This document shows, piece by piece, positions 46,135-54,667 of a stretch of 64,000 bases of DNA. Each line of letters opens with the position of its first letter. Position 1 is the stretch's first letter. This DNA is from a bacterium (GTDB taxonomy: Archaea > Thermoplasmatota > E2 > JACPAO01 > JAHFTW01). A program made the translations under genes and the position numbers. The notes beneath the pieces are model-generated. The model ran no database searches, had not been told where the DNA came from, and was given only the letters and a program-made list of their open reading frames with translations. The stretch is taken from contig JAZJZE010000001.1 of assembly GCA_040390065.1 (NCBI GenBank), forward strand, positions 337,102 through 401,101, in the 5' to 3' direction.

Positions 46135-46445
46135 CCCTGGAAGGCGCCCCATCACCTCTTTATACCCCCCCTCCGTCGCCGCGTTTAGCAGCTTCACCAG
46201 ACGCTGTCGGGCAATGCCTTGTGCAACCCGGTGCGGCAAGTCCGCCTTCCAGTGATGGAGGGCCCCCTTGGACATGCAGCAGGCGTCACGGTGGAACCGC
46301 GTCGAAGTCCTTCGGGACCTCGGCAGTCATCCGTCTTGGGCGATAGGGGCTCTTCCACGATCTCGTGGTGGAACCACCCGTTCCAAACACCAGGCGCGAC
46401 GGCGGCATAGGGGCCGCCTGACCGTCAGCACAGGAGACACATCAC

Positions 46446-47447
46446 ATGGGCAAACGTTCTCACCCGCGACAGGGCTCGATGGGGTTCTACCCCCGCAAGC
46501 GCGCGCGCTCCACCGTCCCGCACGTCAAGGCCTGGGCCGCTGACGCCGGACAACCGAAACTGCAGGGCTTCGCCGGCTACAAGGCCGGCATGACGCACGC
46601 CTTGGTCATCGACTACCGGCCGACCTCCGACACGTCGGGCCAGGAAGTCCGCATGCCCGTCACCGTCATCGAGACGCCGCCCATGGGCGTCGTCGCGGTC
46701 CGCCTGTACGAGAACACCCCGTACGGCCTCAAGACCATCACCGAGATCTGGGCCGACAAGGTCGACCAGCGCCTCGACAACCGCCAGCCCCTCGGCAAGC
46801 AGGCCGACGTCGCCGCGAACTGGAAACTCGTGAGCGAGTCCGTCATCGCCGATGTCCGCGTCCTGGCCCACACGCAGCCCGTCGAAGTGACCGGCGTCGA
46901 CTCGAAGATCCCCGAGATCATGGAGATCCGCGTCGGCGGCGGCGACCTCAAGGCCCGCGTCGAATACGCCAAGTCCATCCTGGGCAAGACCATCTCGGTC
47001 GACCAGGCACTCAAGTCCGGCCAGATGATGGACGCCCTTGCCATCACGAAGGGCTACGGGTTCGAGTCGCGCGTCGTGCGCTTCCACACCAAGTTGCTCT
47101 CGCACAAGAACTCCAAGCACCGCCGCATGATCGGCACCCAGGGCTCCTGGCACCCGAACTGGGTCCAGAGCACGGTCCCGAACGACGGCCAGCGCGGCTT
47201 CCACCAGCGCACGGAGTACAACAAGCGCGTCCTCAAGATCGGCACCGATGGCGCCGAGATCACGCCTGCCGGCGGCTTCCCGCACTACGGCGTCGTGCGC
47301 AACGGCTACATCATCGTGCACGGCAGCATCCCGGGCCCGACGCGCCGCCTCATCCGCATGCGCGACGCCGTCCGCTACACGCGCGGCATCGAGGTCCAGC
47401 AGGCCGACATCCGCTACGTCTCCACCGCCAGCAAGCAGGGGGCCTGA
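46446..47447 (+). CDS. rpl3: 50S ribosomal protein L3 (uL3)
   Basis: MGKRSHPRQGSMGFYPRKRA..; first gene of the conserved L3-to-SecY order. Confidence 0.95.
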   Translation: MGKRSHPRQGSMGFYPRKRARSTVPHVKAWAADAGQPKLQGFAGYKAGMTHALVIDYRPTSDTSGQEVRMPVTVIETPPMGVVAVRLYENTPYGLKTITEIWADKVDQRLDNRQPLGKQADVAANWKLVSESVIADVRVLAHTQPVEVTGVDSKIPEIMEIRVGGGDLKARVEYAKSILGKTISVDQALKSGQMMDALAITKGYGFESRVVRFHTKLLSHKNSKHRRMIGTQGSWHPNWVQSTVPNDGQRGFHQRTEYNKRVLKIGTDGAEITPAGGFPHYGVVRNGYIIVHGSIPGPTRRLIRMRDAVRYTRGIEVQQADIRYVSTASKQGA

Positions 47448-47449
47448 AG

Positions 47450-48211
47450 ATGACGAAGATCACGATCCATAACAAGGAAGGCAAGTCGGCCGGCTCGGTC
47501 GAACTGCCCGCCGTCTTCGACACGCCGCTGCGCATCGACCTCATCCGCAAGGCCGTCAACGTGGCCCAAGCCAACCGCCGCCAGCGCTACGGCGCCATGC
47601 CGGTGGCCGGCGAGCGCCCGTCCGTCGAGTGGCCCGGCAAGGGCAAGGGCATGGCCCGCACGCCGCGCATGAAGCAGGCCGACGGCGCAGCCTTCGTGCC
47701 CAACGCGTACCACGGCCGCCGCGCCCACCCGCCCGAGTCGCGCCACTTCTGGACCGAGAAGATCAACACGAAGGAGCGCCGCCTCGCCATCGCGTCGGCC
47801 CTCGCGGCGACCGCCAACGGCGCCATCGTGCGCGCCCGCGGCCACAAGGTCGACGACAAGCTCGCCCTCCCCGTCATCGTGACGGACGACGCCATCGGCG
47901 CCGCGAAGACCAGCGACCTCGCCGACATCTTCGGCAAGCTAGGACTCGCCGGCGACCTCGAGCGCGCCAAGAACGGCGTGCACGTGCGCGCCGGCATGGG
48001 CAAACTCCGCGGCCGCCGCTACAGGACCCCGAAGTCGGTCCTCCTCGTCACGGCCGACGGCAAGGCCCCGGGCGCACGCAACCTTGCTGGCGTCGAGGTC
48101 GTCGCGGCCCGCAACCTGTCGGCCGAACACCTCGCCCCCGGCGGCGACGCCGGCCGCCTCACGGTCTTCACGCAAGGCGCCATCGCCGCCATCCAGGAGG
48201 CCTTCCAATGA
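47450..48211 (+). CDS. rpl4: 50S ribosomal protein L4 (uL4)
   Basis: Operon position; KAVNVAQANRRQRYG..GKGMARTPR motif. Confidence 0.93.
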   Translation: MTKITIHNKEGKSAGSVELPAVFDTPLRIDLIRKAVNVAQANRRQRYGAMPVAGERPSVEWPGKGKGMARTPRMKQADGAAFVPNAYHGRRAHPPESRHFWTEKINTKERRLAIASALAATANGAIVRARGHKVDDKLALPVIVTDDAIGAAKTSDLADIFGKLGLAGDLERAKNGVHVRAGMGKLRGRRYRTPKSVLLVTADGKAPGARNLAGVEVVAARNLSAEHLAPGGDAGRLTVFTQGAIAAIQEAFQ

Positions 48212-48468
48212 TTGACCCGCACGACGTCCTCCTGCACCCGATGGTGACGGAGAAGACCATGATGCTCATGGACCGCAACAACTCGCTCGAGTTCCTGGTG
48301 CGCCGCACCGCGAACAAGCCCGAGATCAAGTCGGCCATCGAGCAGCTCTTCGACTGCAAGGTCGCGACCGTCAACACCCGCATCACGAAGGACGGCAAGC
48401 GCGCCATCGTCAAGTTCGCGGGCGAGACGACTGCTGAGGACATCGGCATGCGCATCGGGGTGTTCTAA
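48208..48468 (+). CDS. rpl23: 50S ribosomal protein L23 (uL23)
   Basis: ATGA overlap with rpl4. MIDPHDVLLHPMVTEKTMMLMDRNNSLEFLV. Confidence 0.93.
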   Translation: MIDPHDVLLHPMVTEKTMMLMDRNNSLEFLVRRTANKPEIKSAIEQLFDCKVATVNTRITKDGKRAIVKFAGETTAEDIGMRIGVF

Positions 48469-48525
48469 GTGAGCATTCCACAGATTGCCAATGGGAACTC
48501 ACCGACAATCCAGGGGGGTTTCTAG

Positions 48526-49233
48526 ATGGGAAAGCGCATCCTGACACGCCGCCGCGGAGCCATGGCCCCGCGCATGCTGTCGCCCAGCCACCGCCACTCC
48601 GGCAACGTCAGCTACCCGGTCAACTTCACGGGCAGCGGCACGGTCGAGAAGCTCGACCACGCCCCGGGCCGCACCTGCATCCTCGCCACCCTGAAGCTCT
48701 CGGACGGCAAGGAGCTCCTGCACATCGCGAGCGAAGGCATGTCGGTCGGGCAGGTCGTGACCTTCACGGCCACGACGCAGATCCTCCCCGGCAACGTCAC
48801 CATCGTCTCCAAGATTCCGGAAGGCACCCCGATCTACAACATCGAGGCGCGCCCCAACGACGGCGGCAAGTTCGTCCGCACCGCCGGCACGGCCGCCGAG
48901 ATCGTCACGCACGCGGAGGGCCGCACGGTCATCCGCATGCCTTCGGGCAAGTTCCGTGACTGCCACCCGCTGGCCCGCGCCACCATCGGCCTCATCGCCG
49001 GCGGCGGCCGCGGCGACAAACCGTTCCTCAAGGCCGGCAAAGTGTACCACCACATGCGCGCCCGTGGCCAACGCTGGCCCCGCGTGCGCGGTGTCGCCAT
49101 GAACCCCGTGGACCACCCCCACGGCGGCGGCGCACACAACTTCCGTGGCGGTCAGACCTCGGTGGCTCGCGGGGCACCCCCGGGCCGCAAGGTCGGCAAG
49201 ATCGCACCCAGCCGAACCGGCATGAGGAGGTAA
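48526..49233 (+). CDS. rpl2: 50S ribosomal protein L2 (uL2)
   Basis: MGKRILTRRRG..; VAMNPVDHPHGGG motif. Confidence 0.95.
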   Translation: MGKRILTRRRGAMAPRMLSPSHRHSGNVSYPVNFTGSGTVEKLDHAPGRTCILATLKLSDGKELLHIASEGMSVGQVVTFTATTQILPGNVTIVSKIPEGTPIYNIEARPNDGGKFVRTAGTAAEIVTHAEGRTVIRMPSGKFRDCHPLARATIGLIAGGGRGDKPFLKAGKVYHHMRARGQRWPRVRGVAMNPVDHPHGGGAHNFRGGQTSVARGAPPGRKVGKIAPSRTGMRR

Positions 49234-49237
49234 TTCC

Positions 49238-49702
49238 ATGGCAAAACGCGTCATCGTCAACGTCGGCGCCGCCCGCCGCAAGCTGCGCAAGGCAAAGGCG
49301 GTCATCGAGACCCGCTCCAAGAAGGAGTTCCTGTACCGTGGCAAGAGCCTCGCAGAGTTGCAGGCCATGCCCCTGGACCAGGTGCTGCCCCTGCTGCCGA
49401 GCCGCACCCGCCGCCTCTACACCCGCGGTGTGAAGCCGGAGGAGAAGCGCTTCCTCGAGAAGGTCGAGGCCGCCAAGCCCGGCGAGGTCGTGCGCACGCA
49501 CTACCGCCACATGGGCATCCTGCCGCGCTTTGTCGGCAAGATCGTCGCCGTGCACAACGGCCACGAGTTCCAGAACGTGACGGTCCAGCCGGAGATGATC
49601 GGCCACCGCCTCGGCGAGTTCGCGATCACCACGAAGGCCTGCATCCACTCGGGTGTGGGTGTCGGTGCGACACGGTCGAGCAAGCATGTCCCCCTGAAGT
49701 GA
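49238..49702 (+). CDS. rps19: 30S ribosomal protein S19 (uS19)
   Basis: VAVHNGHEFQNVTVQPEMIGHRLGEFAITT; operon position. Confidence 0.95.
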   Translation: MAKRVIVNVGAARRKLRKAKAVIETRSKKEFLYRGKSLAELQAMPLDQVLPLLPSRTRRLYTRGVKPEEKRFLEKVEAAKPGEVVRTHYRHMGILPRFVGKIVAVHNGHEFQNVTVQPEMIGHRLGEFAITTKACIHSGVGVGATRSSKHVPLK

Positions 49703-50322
49703 TTGCCATGGCGACCTACTACTCCACCGTCAGCGATTCCGAAACCACCGCTCGCGCCTATGGCCGCGACCTGGACTGCTCCCCGAAGAGCGGCCGCAAC
49801 GTCGCCCGCGCCATCAAGGGCATGCCCGTCGCGCGCGCCAAGACCTTCCTGCAGGAAGTTGCCGAGCTCAAGACGCCGGTCCCCTTCAAGGTCCGCAACC
49901 GCAAGATCCACCACCGGCGCGGCCAGGGCTTCGGCCCCGGCAAGTACCCGGTCGGCACGGTCACGCGTATGCTCAAGGTGCTCGAGTCCGCCGAGGCGAA
50001 CGCCGAATACAAGGGGCTCGACAAGGAGCGCCTCGTCATCACGCACGCCACGGCCTACCAAGGCACCGTGAACCAGGCGTTCACGCCGCGCGCCCAGGGC
50101 CGCGCAACGCCGCACTACAACCGCAAGTGCAACTTCGAGGTCATCGTCAGCGTCATCGAGGAGGACGAGGAGTCGGCGTCGCCCCGCAAGGGCCGCGCCG
50201 CCAAGTCCGCCAAGACCGCGAAGCCGAAGGCAGAGAAGGGCGAGAAGGCCGAGGCCAAGGGCGCCAAGGCCGACAAGCCGGCCCCGAAGGCCACGAAGGA
50301 GTCCAAGGGAGCTGAGAACTGA
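49699..50322 (+). CDS. rpl22: 50S ribosomal protein L22 (uL22) with Lys/Ala/Glu-rich C-terminal tail
   Basis: ARAYGRDLDCSPKSGRNVARAIKGM. GTG 49699 overlaps the rps19 stop (ATG 49708 is an alternative). Confidence 0.92.
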   Translation: MIAMATYYSTVSDSETTARAYGRDLDCSPKSGRNVARAIKGMPVARAKTFLQEVAELKTPVPFKVRNRKIHHRRGQGFGPGKYPVGTVTRMLKVLESAEANAEYKGLDKERLVITHATAYQGTVNQAFTPRAQGRATPHYNRKCNFEVIVSVIEEDEESASPRKGRAAKSAKTAKPKAEKGEKAEAKGAKADKPAPKATKESKGAEN

Positions 50323-51191
50323 TGGCAGTCGAACGCAAATTCATCAAGGAATCCGTCAACCGCCTCCTGGTCAAGGATTTCGTCAAGAAGGAGACCGAGC
50401 GCGCCGGCTACGGCGGCATGGACATCCAGCGCACGCCGCTCGGTACCCGCGTCAACATCGTCGCCGAGCGCCCGGGCATGGTCATCGGCCGCCGCGGCGA
50501 GACCATCAACAAGCTCACCTCCCGCCTGCACGGCGAGTTCGGCCTCGAGAACCCGCAGATCTCCGTCGAAGAGCCGAACTACAACCCCGGCTTGAACGCG
50601 CAGATCATGGCCATCAAGGTCGCCGAGTCCCTGGAGCGCGGCTGGCACTTCCGCCGCGTCGGCCACAGCACCGTCCAGCGCGTCATGGCATCCGGCGCCC
50701 AGGGCGTCATCGTCGAGATCGCCGGCAAGCTCACGGGCCAGCGCAAGCGCCGCGAGAAATTCATCGCCGGCCACGTCAAGTACTGCGGCGAGACGGCCCT
50801 CACCCTGATGGACGTCGGCTACGCCCAGTGCAAGAAGAAGCTCGGCATCATCGGCTGCACCGTCCGCATCATGAAGAAGGACGCCCACCTGCCCGACGAA
50901 GTCAAGATCTTCGCGCCCGGCGAGAAGGATGCCGCAGAGGCAGCCCGCAAGGCCCGCGTCGCCCAGCAGGCCGCTGGCGTCCAGACCGTGGCACCCGACT
51001 TCGGCGGCGGCGCCGCAGCCGGAGCCAGCCCGCAGACCGGCACGGCATCCCCCGCCCCGGCAGCGCCGGCGGCCCCGGCCGGCCCCCGCATGCCCGCATC
51101 GTCGGGACCGGTGGAGCCGCCCTCGAAGACGGGCGACCGCCGCGAGCGCAAGTCCTTTACCGTCGGCGGCACCTCGGGAGGTAGCCAATAA
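50322..51191 (+). CDS. rps3: 30S ribosomal protein S3 (uS3)
   Basis: MAVERKFIKESVNRLLVKDFV.. KH domain; long Ala/Pro-rich C-terminal tail. Confidence 0.95.
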   Translation: MAVERKFIKESVNRLLVKDFVKKETERAGYGGMDIQRTPLGTRVNIVAERPGMVIGRRGETINKLTSRLHGEFGLENPQISVEEPNYNPGLNAQIMAIKVAESLERGWHFRRVGHSTVQRVMASGAQGVIVEIAGKLTGQRKRREKFIAGHVKYCGETALTLMDVGYAQCKKKLGIIGCTVRIMKKDAHLPDEVKIFAPGEKDAAEAARKARVAQQAAGVQTVAPDFGGGAAAGASPQTGTASPAPAAPAAPAGPRMPASSGPVEPPSKTGDRRERKSFTVGGTSGGSQ

Positions 51192-51445
51192 TGCTCAAGG
51201 CCAACGAAGTCCGCGCCATGCCCAAGGAAGACCGCAAGTCCCGTCTGTCGGAACTGCGCCGGGAACTCATGCAGGAGCGCGGCATCCAGGCCATGGGCGG
51301 CTCGACGCCGAACCCCGGCAAGATTCGCACGCTGCGCCGCGAGATTGCGCGCATCCTGACCATCCAAAACGAAGATGTCCATGGTATCAAGCGTGGCCCG
51401 GCGGTCGTCGTCGCCGGCCGCGCCAAGAAGGAGTCCGCGAAGTGA
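51191..51445 (+). CDS. rpl29: 50S ribosomal protein L29 (uL29)
   Basis: MLKANEVRAMPKEDRKSRLSELRRELMQER; TAATG junction with rps3. Confidence 0.93.
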   Translation: MLKANEVRAMPKEDRKSRLSELRRELMQERGIQAMGGSTPNPGKIRTLRREIARILTIQNEDVHGIKRGPAVVVAGRAKKESAK

Positions 51446-51482
51446 ATTCCGACGTCTCCCGGGCAGCCCGCGGAGGCCCGCA

Positions 51483-51776
51483 GTGATCTGCGACACCTGT
51501 GGCCTTCCCAAGGAGATTTGCGTGTGCGAGGACATCGCACGCGAGCAGCAGGAGATCCGCATCACGACGGACTCGCGCCGCTACGGCAAGAAGATGACGA
51601 TCGTCGACGGCATCGTCGACAGCACCATCAGCCTGGACAACCTCCTCTCGACCCTGAAGTCGAAGTGCGCTTGCGGTGGCACCATCAAGGAAGGCGCCAT
51701 CGAGTTGCAGGGCGACCACGCCAAGAAGGTCCAGAAAGTGCTTCTCGAGATGGGATTCCAGGCCCGCGTTGAGTGA
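51483..51776 (+). CDS. sui1: Translation initiation factor aSUI1 (eIF1 homologue)
   Basis: GTG start. ICDTCGLPKEICVCE..RRYGKKMTIVDGI..CACGGTIKEGAIELQGDH. Confidence 0.88.
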   Translation: MICDTCGLPKEICVCEDIAREQQEIRITTDSRRYGKKMTIVDGIVDSTISLDNLLSTLKSKCACGGTIKEGAIELQGDHAKKVQKVLLEMGFQARVE

Positions 51777-52016
51777 GCATTTCGCAGAATCCCTTCGGTC
51801 CGTCATCCATCTGGATGCCTCGCAGATTGACCAAACCGGGAAAAAACAATCCGTGGAATCTGCTCCCAGTCCGCGCCATTGCAAGACGTGCAAGAGCTCA
51901 CCAGGGGGATACCTGAGATCTCGGGGGAATCTGTGGATTGGTGGCGGGTACTCCGCAACGAGCGCACCAAGGCCTGTTCGACGGCGTTCAGGAACGTCGG
52001 CTGCCTCGGCTCTCCC

Positions 52017-52412
52017 ATGACCCGCTCGCGGCCGCAAGACTCGCCTGAGACGCAGACCATCCTCCAAGCCGCAGTCGGCATCCACAACTGGCTCGGCGGC
52101 GGCCACCCGTGGGCAGCGTACCGCGAAGCGTTGGCATGCGAGTTCGCGCTGCGCGCCATCCCGTTCTGGCGCGAGCCGTTTCGTCCCGGCCACGCCGTCG
52201 ACTTCCTCTGCTCTCCGGGAATCGTCGTGGACGTGCAGCGCGACGTGGACGACGGCCGCGAACGCGACGTGCACGAGGTGCTGCAGGAGACCGGCCTGGC
52301 GTTCGGGCTTCGCCTGGATTTCGCGGGCCCATGCCTCGAAGTGCACCAGATCTGCCTCCGTCACGGGCCCAACCTGGTTTTTCAACGGCCGGCGCCCTCG
52401 GCCGCGTCGTGA
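52017..52412 (+). CDS. Hypothetical protein inserted in the r-protein operon; weak DUF559/Vsr-like endonuclease resemblance
   Basis: ATG 52017. High third-position GC. Its stop overlaps the rnp1 GTG start (GTGA). The segment AIPFWREPFRPGHAVDFLCSPGIVVDVQRD..RDVHEVLQETGL loosely recalls the DUF559 core. Confidence 0.4.
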   Translation: MTRSRPQDSPETQTILQAAVGIHNWLGGGHPWAAYREALACEFALRAIPFWREPFRPGHAVDFLCSPGIVVDVQRDVDDGRERDVHEVLQETGLAFGLRLDFAGPCLEVHQICLRHGPNLVFQRPAPSAAS

Positions 52413-52702
52413 AGCGCACCATCCCCCGGCTCGAGGGGGCCGCGCGGGCCGTCGCCCGGGGCGAACTCATTGGCCTTGCCGTGGCCGTCGTGGAGTCGAC
52501 CGACCCCGGGCTGGTGGGCTTGGCCGGCGTCGTCGTGGACGAAACCCTCCGGACCCTGGTGGTTCGGCGTGGCGATGGGCGCGAAATGCGCGTCGGCAAA
52601 CCCGGGACCACCTTCGAATTCGCTTCAGCCGGCGGTCGTGTTCGTATCCCCGGCGCTGCCATCGAGTTCCGCCCCGAGGACAGGACCAAGAAGGTCCGGT
52701 AG
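52409..52702 (+). CDS. rnp1: RNase P protein component 1 (Rpp29/Pop4)
   Basis: GELIGLAVAVVESTDPGLVGLAGVVVDETLRTLVV..FRPEDRTKK; the expected gene between L29/SUI1 and S17. Confidence 0.88.
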   Translation: MKRTIPRLEGAARAVARGELIGLAVAVVESTDPGLVGLAGVVVDETLRTLVVRRGDGREMRVGKPGTTFEFASAGGRVRIPGAAIEFRPEDRTKKVR

Positions 52703-53023
52703 GGGAAAACCGTCCTTGTCTGCGTGGTCGTGGTGTCGGTGGTGGTGGGCTCCGCCGTCGCCGGTGGGCGCGCCGTCGTCCGGCGCGGCGGCGTCCGCCT
52801 TGTCGCCCTGCTTCAAGGTTTGGGGCTCGATTGGCGCCGAGGCCACGGGTTGCGGCCCCTCGGCGTGGGCGCTTCCCGGGACCAAGGACTGCTGCAGGGC
52901 GGTCGGCGCGGCAAACGGCCGGCCAACCTTCCCCAGGTCCGCACGGTCGGGAAAGGCGACGACGGGGGCAAGGAGGACGAACGCCATGAGCGCGCCCAAG
53001 ATGGGACTTGACAGGTCCCTCAA
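52625..53023 (-). CDS. Possible small secreted His-rich protein (antisense, overlaps the rnp1 3' end)
   Basis: MRDLSSPILGALMAFVLLAPVVAF hydrophobic N-terminus, GGAHHHRHHDHADKDG cluster, mostly GC-ending codons. However, 78 nt overlap rnp1 convergently. Confidence 0.3.
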   Translation of the reverse strand: MRDLSSPILGALMAFVLLAPVVAFPDRADLGKVGRPFAAPTALQQSLVPGSAHAEGPQPVASAPIEPQTLKQGDKADAAAPDDGAPTGDGGAHHHRHHDHADKDGFPLPDLLGPVLGAELDGSAGDTNTTAG

Positions 53024-53165
53024 GGTTGCCCCTCACGACGGCGGCACGCGCGCATGCCCACGCTCTTGGCGCGGTGGGGCCAGATACCTTGCGACAAAAT
53101 TGCCCGCATGGGGCCAGCGACCCCTGACCTGCAAGCTTATCGCGGGGCCCACCCTGGACGCAGCC

Positions 53166-53381
53166 ATGCCTGGAACGTATGCGGTCACGAAGCGGGGCCT
53201 CAAGGGCGAACCCCTCGAGATCCGCTGCGAGTCGCACGAGGGTTGCACCTGGACCATGAAATCCACCGGCCCCAAGTCCGACCGCGACCCCATCTTCGAG
53301 GCGCAGTGGAAGAACCACATGATGGAGGCCAAGACACCCGACGTGCAGGCCTTCGGCCACCTGCGCCGCTCCCGCAAGTAG
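53166..53381 (+). CDS. Hypothetical small protein (71 aa)
   Basis: MPGTYAVTKRGLKGEPLEIRCESHEGCTWTMKSTGPKSDRDPIFEAQWKNHMMEAK.. Strongly GC-ending codons and non-repetitive composition. Start could be further upstream. Confidence 0.45.
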   Translation: MPGTYAVTKRGLKGEPLEIRCESHEGCTWTMKSTGPKSDRDPIFEAQWKNHMMEAKTPDVQAFGHLRRSRK

Positions 53382-53388
53382 GTGCCCC

Positions 53389-53610
53389 GTGGACCAGCAC
53401 AAGCGCATCGCCCACCTCAAGGATCTGCAGAACGAGAACGACATCCTGCTGCACCAGATGCAGGACCACTTGGCGAAACTGCAGCGCCACCACGCCTCCC
53501 GGGAACGCGACCGCGGCATGCTGCACGCCACCAAGGCCATCGCGCGCGCCGAGAAGGAGAAGCGCTGGCTGGACAGGCAGATGCGCAACGAGTCGAAGCG
53601 TTCGAGCTGA
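53389..53610 (+). CDS. Hypothetical coiled-coil small protein (73 aa)
   Basis: GTG start 8 nt after the previous stop, with AGGTG just upstream. (M)DQHKRIAHLKDLQNENDILLHQMQDHLAKLQRHH.. GC-ending codons. Confidence 0.5.
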   Translation: MDQHKRIAHLKDLQNENDILLHQMQDHLAKLQRHHASRERDRGMLHATKAIARAEKEKRWLDRQMRNESKRSS

Positions 53611-53802
53611 TCCGCTTCACAAGGGGCCGCCGGGGCGAAGCAACGCAGTGACCGGCTACCAAATCGTGCGACGGTGGCGACGCGAATGGGGTGCCCGCAT
53701 GGCCGGATTCGGGCCCTACGGAATCACCGATGACACCGATGAAACCGAGACGACCTTTGGGTGGGCCGGTGAAGCTCGCGTTTCTTCAGGCTTGCAAGGA
53801 CG

Positions 53803-53886
53803 GGCGGCCTGGGAGAACAGGAACTTCGTAGAGAGAAGGAGAACGGGTTCCGGTTCTCCGGTCGTCTCCTGTTCTCCCAGGCCGCC
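53803..53886. other. 84-nt hairpin with a perfect 20-bp stem and an inner 7-bp stem
   Basis: GGCGGCCTGGGAGAACAGGA (53803-53822) is the exact reverse complement of 53867-53886. Inner stem GGAGAAC/GTTCTCC. Lies in a non-coding spacer. Confidence 0.8.
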
Positions 53887-53978
53887 GTTGCCCGAAAGAC
53901 CAGGAACCCGTGGAAAACCGGGAAAAAGCGGTTCGCTTTCTTCGGGGGCTTCCCGATCTTTCAGGCCCCCCGAAGCGC

Positions 53979-53986
53979 TTATATCC
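53979..53986 (+). promoter_or_regulatory. TATA-like TTATATCC upstream of rps17
   Basis: Best A/T patch in the spacer. ~193 nt upstream of ATG 54179, implying a ~170-nt structured leader. AGGAG Shine-Dalgarno-like at 54164-54168. Confidence 0.4.
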
Positions 53987-54178
53987 AACGGGGAGTCCCC
54001 GACTCCTAGCAACAGGTGCTGTGGCGTCTCCCGCCGCAATGCCTGGGACCGTATCTAGCCCGACAAACGGCCGGGTCGCAGTCGTCGAGGATTCGTTACC
54101 CTCGGAGGCTGCTAAGGCAACGGAATCTTCCTCCTGGAAGACACCCGTTTCCGCCGCAACACAGGAGAAGTCAATCCC

Positions 54179-54664
54179 ATGCCCAACCGCGACATCGGCA
54201 TCGACGTCAAGGCTCCCGCGCGCGAGCCGGCCCCAGGCGACCGCCTGAACCCATTCAACGGCAGCCTGCCCATCCGCGGCAGCGTCATCGTCGGCACCGT
54301 CGTGTCGGCCAAGATGCAAGGCACCGCCATCGTCGAGAAGCAGCACCAGCGCCTCGTCGAGAAGTTCGAGAGGTACGAGAAGCGCACCCGCCGCTACGCT
54401 GCCCACGTCCCCTCCAACATCGACGTCCACGAGGGCGATGAGGTCTCCATCGCGGAATGCCGCCCCATCTCCAAGACCGTGACCTTCGTCGTCGTCGAGA
54501 ACCGCGGCAACCCGGCCGCCGTCCGCGCCGTCCCGGCCCGCAACGTCCCCGCCAAGCCGGAGCCCAAGGCCAAGCCCATCCCCGCGTCGGCCGAGAAGCC
54601 GGCCGCCGGCAAGGCCGCCGCCCCCGCCGCCAAGCCCGCGAAGGCCCCCAAGAAGGAGGCCTAG
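54179..54664 (+). CDS. rps17: 30S ribosomal protein S17 (uS17) with Ala/Pro/Lys-rich C-terminal tail
   Basis: RGSVIVGTVVSAKMQGTAIVE..YEKRTRRYAAHVP..EGDEVSIAECRPISKT. Confidence 0.93.
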   Translation: MPNRDIGIDVKAPAREPAPGDRLNPFNGSLPIRGSVIVGTVVSAKMQGTAIVEKQHQRLVEKFERYEKRTRRYAAHVPSNIDVHEGDEVSIAECRPISKTVTFVVVENRGNPAAVRAVPARNVPAKPEPKAKPIPASAEKPAAGKAAAPAAKPAKAPKKEA

Positions 54665-54667
54665 GAC

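Noticed and set aside
46135-46445. Possible small genes or an ncRNA in the 310-bp region upstream of rpl3 (ORFs 46219..46410 +, 46268..46543 +, and the N-terminus of 45484..46275 -).
   Set aside because: None has a convincing composition or a clean end; the minus ORF runs antisense through the RibD_C gene. The region contains a CTTTATAC patch (46158-46165) and is more simply the operon promoter and leader.
53611-53975. The structured spacer considered as SRP (7S) RNA, RNase P RNA, or a box C/D or H/ACA sRNA.
   Set aside because: I could not find the conserved helix-8 GNAR/AGCA motif or the GAGGAAAGUCC-type CR-I. There are no RUGAUGA/CUGA box pairs (only CGATGA words) and no ACA 3' of the stems. 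It remains unassigned rather than called.
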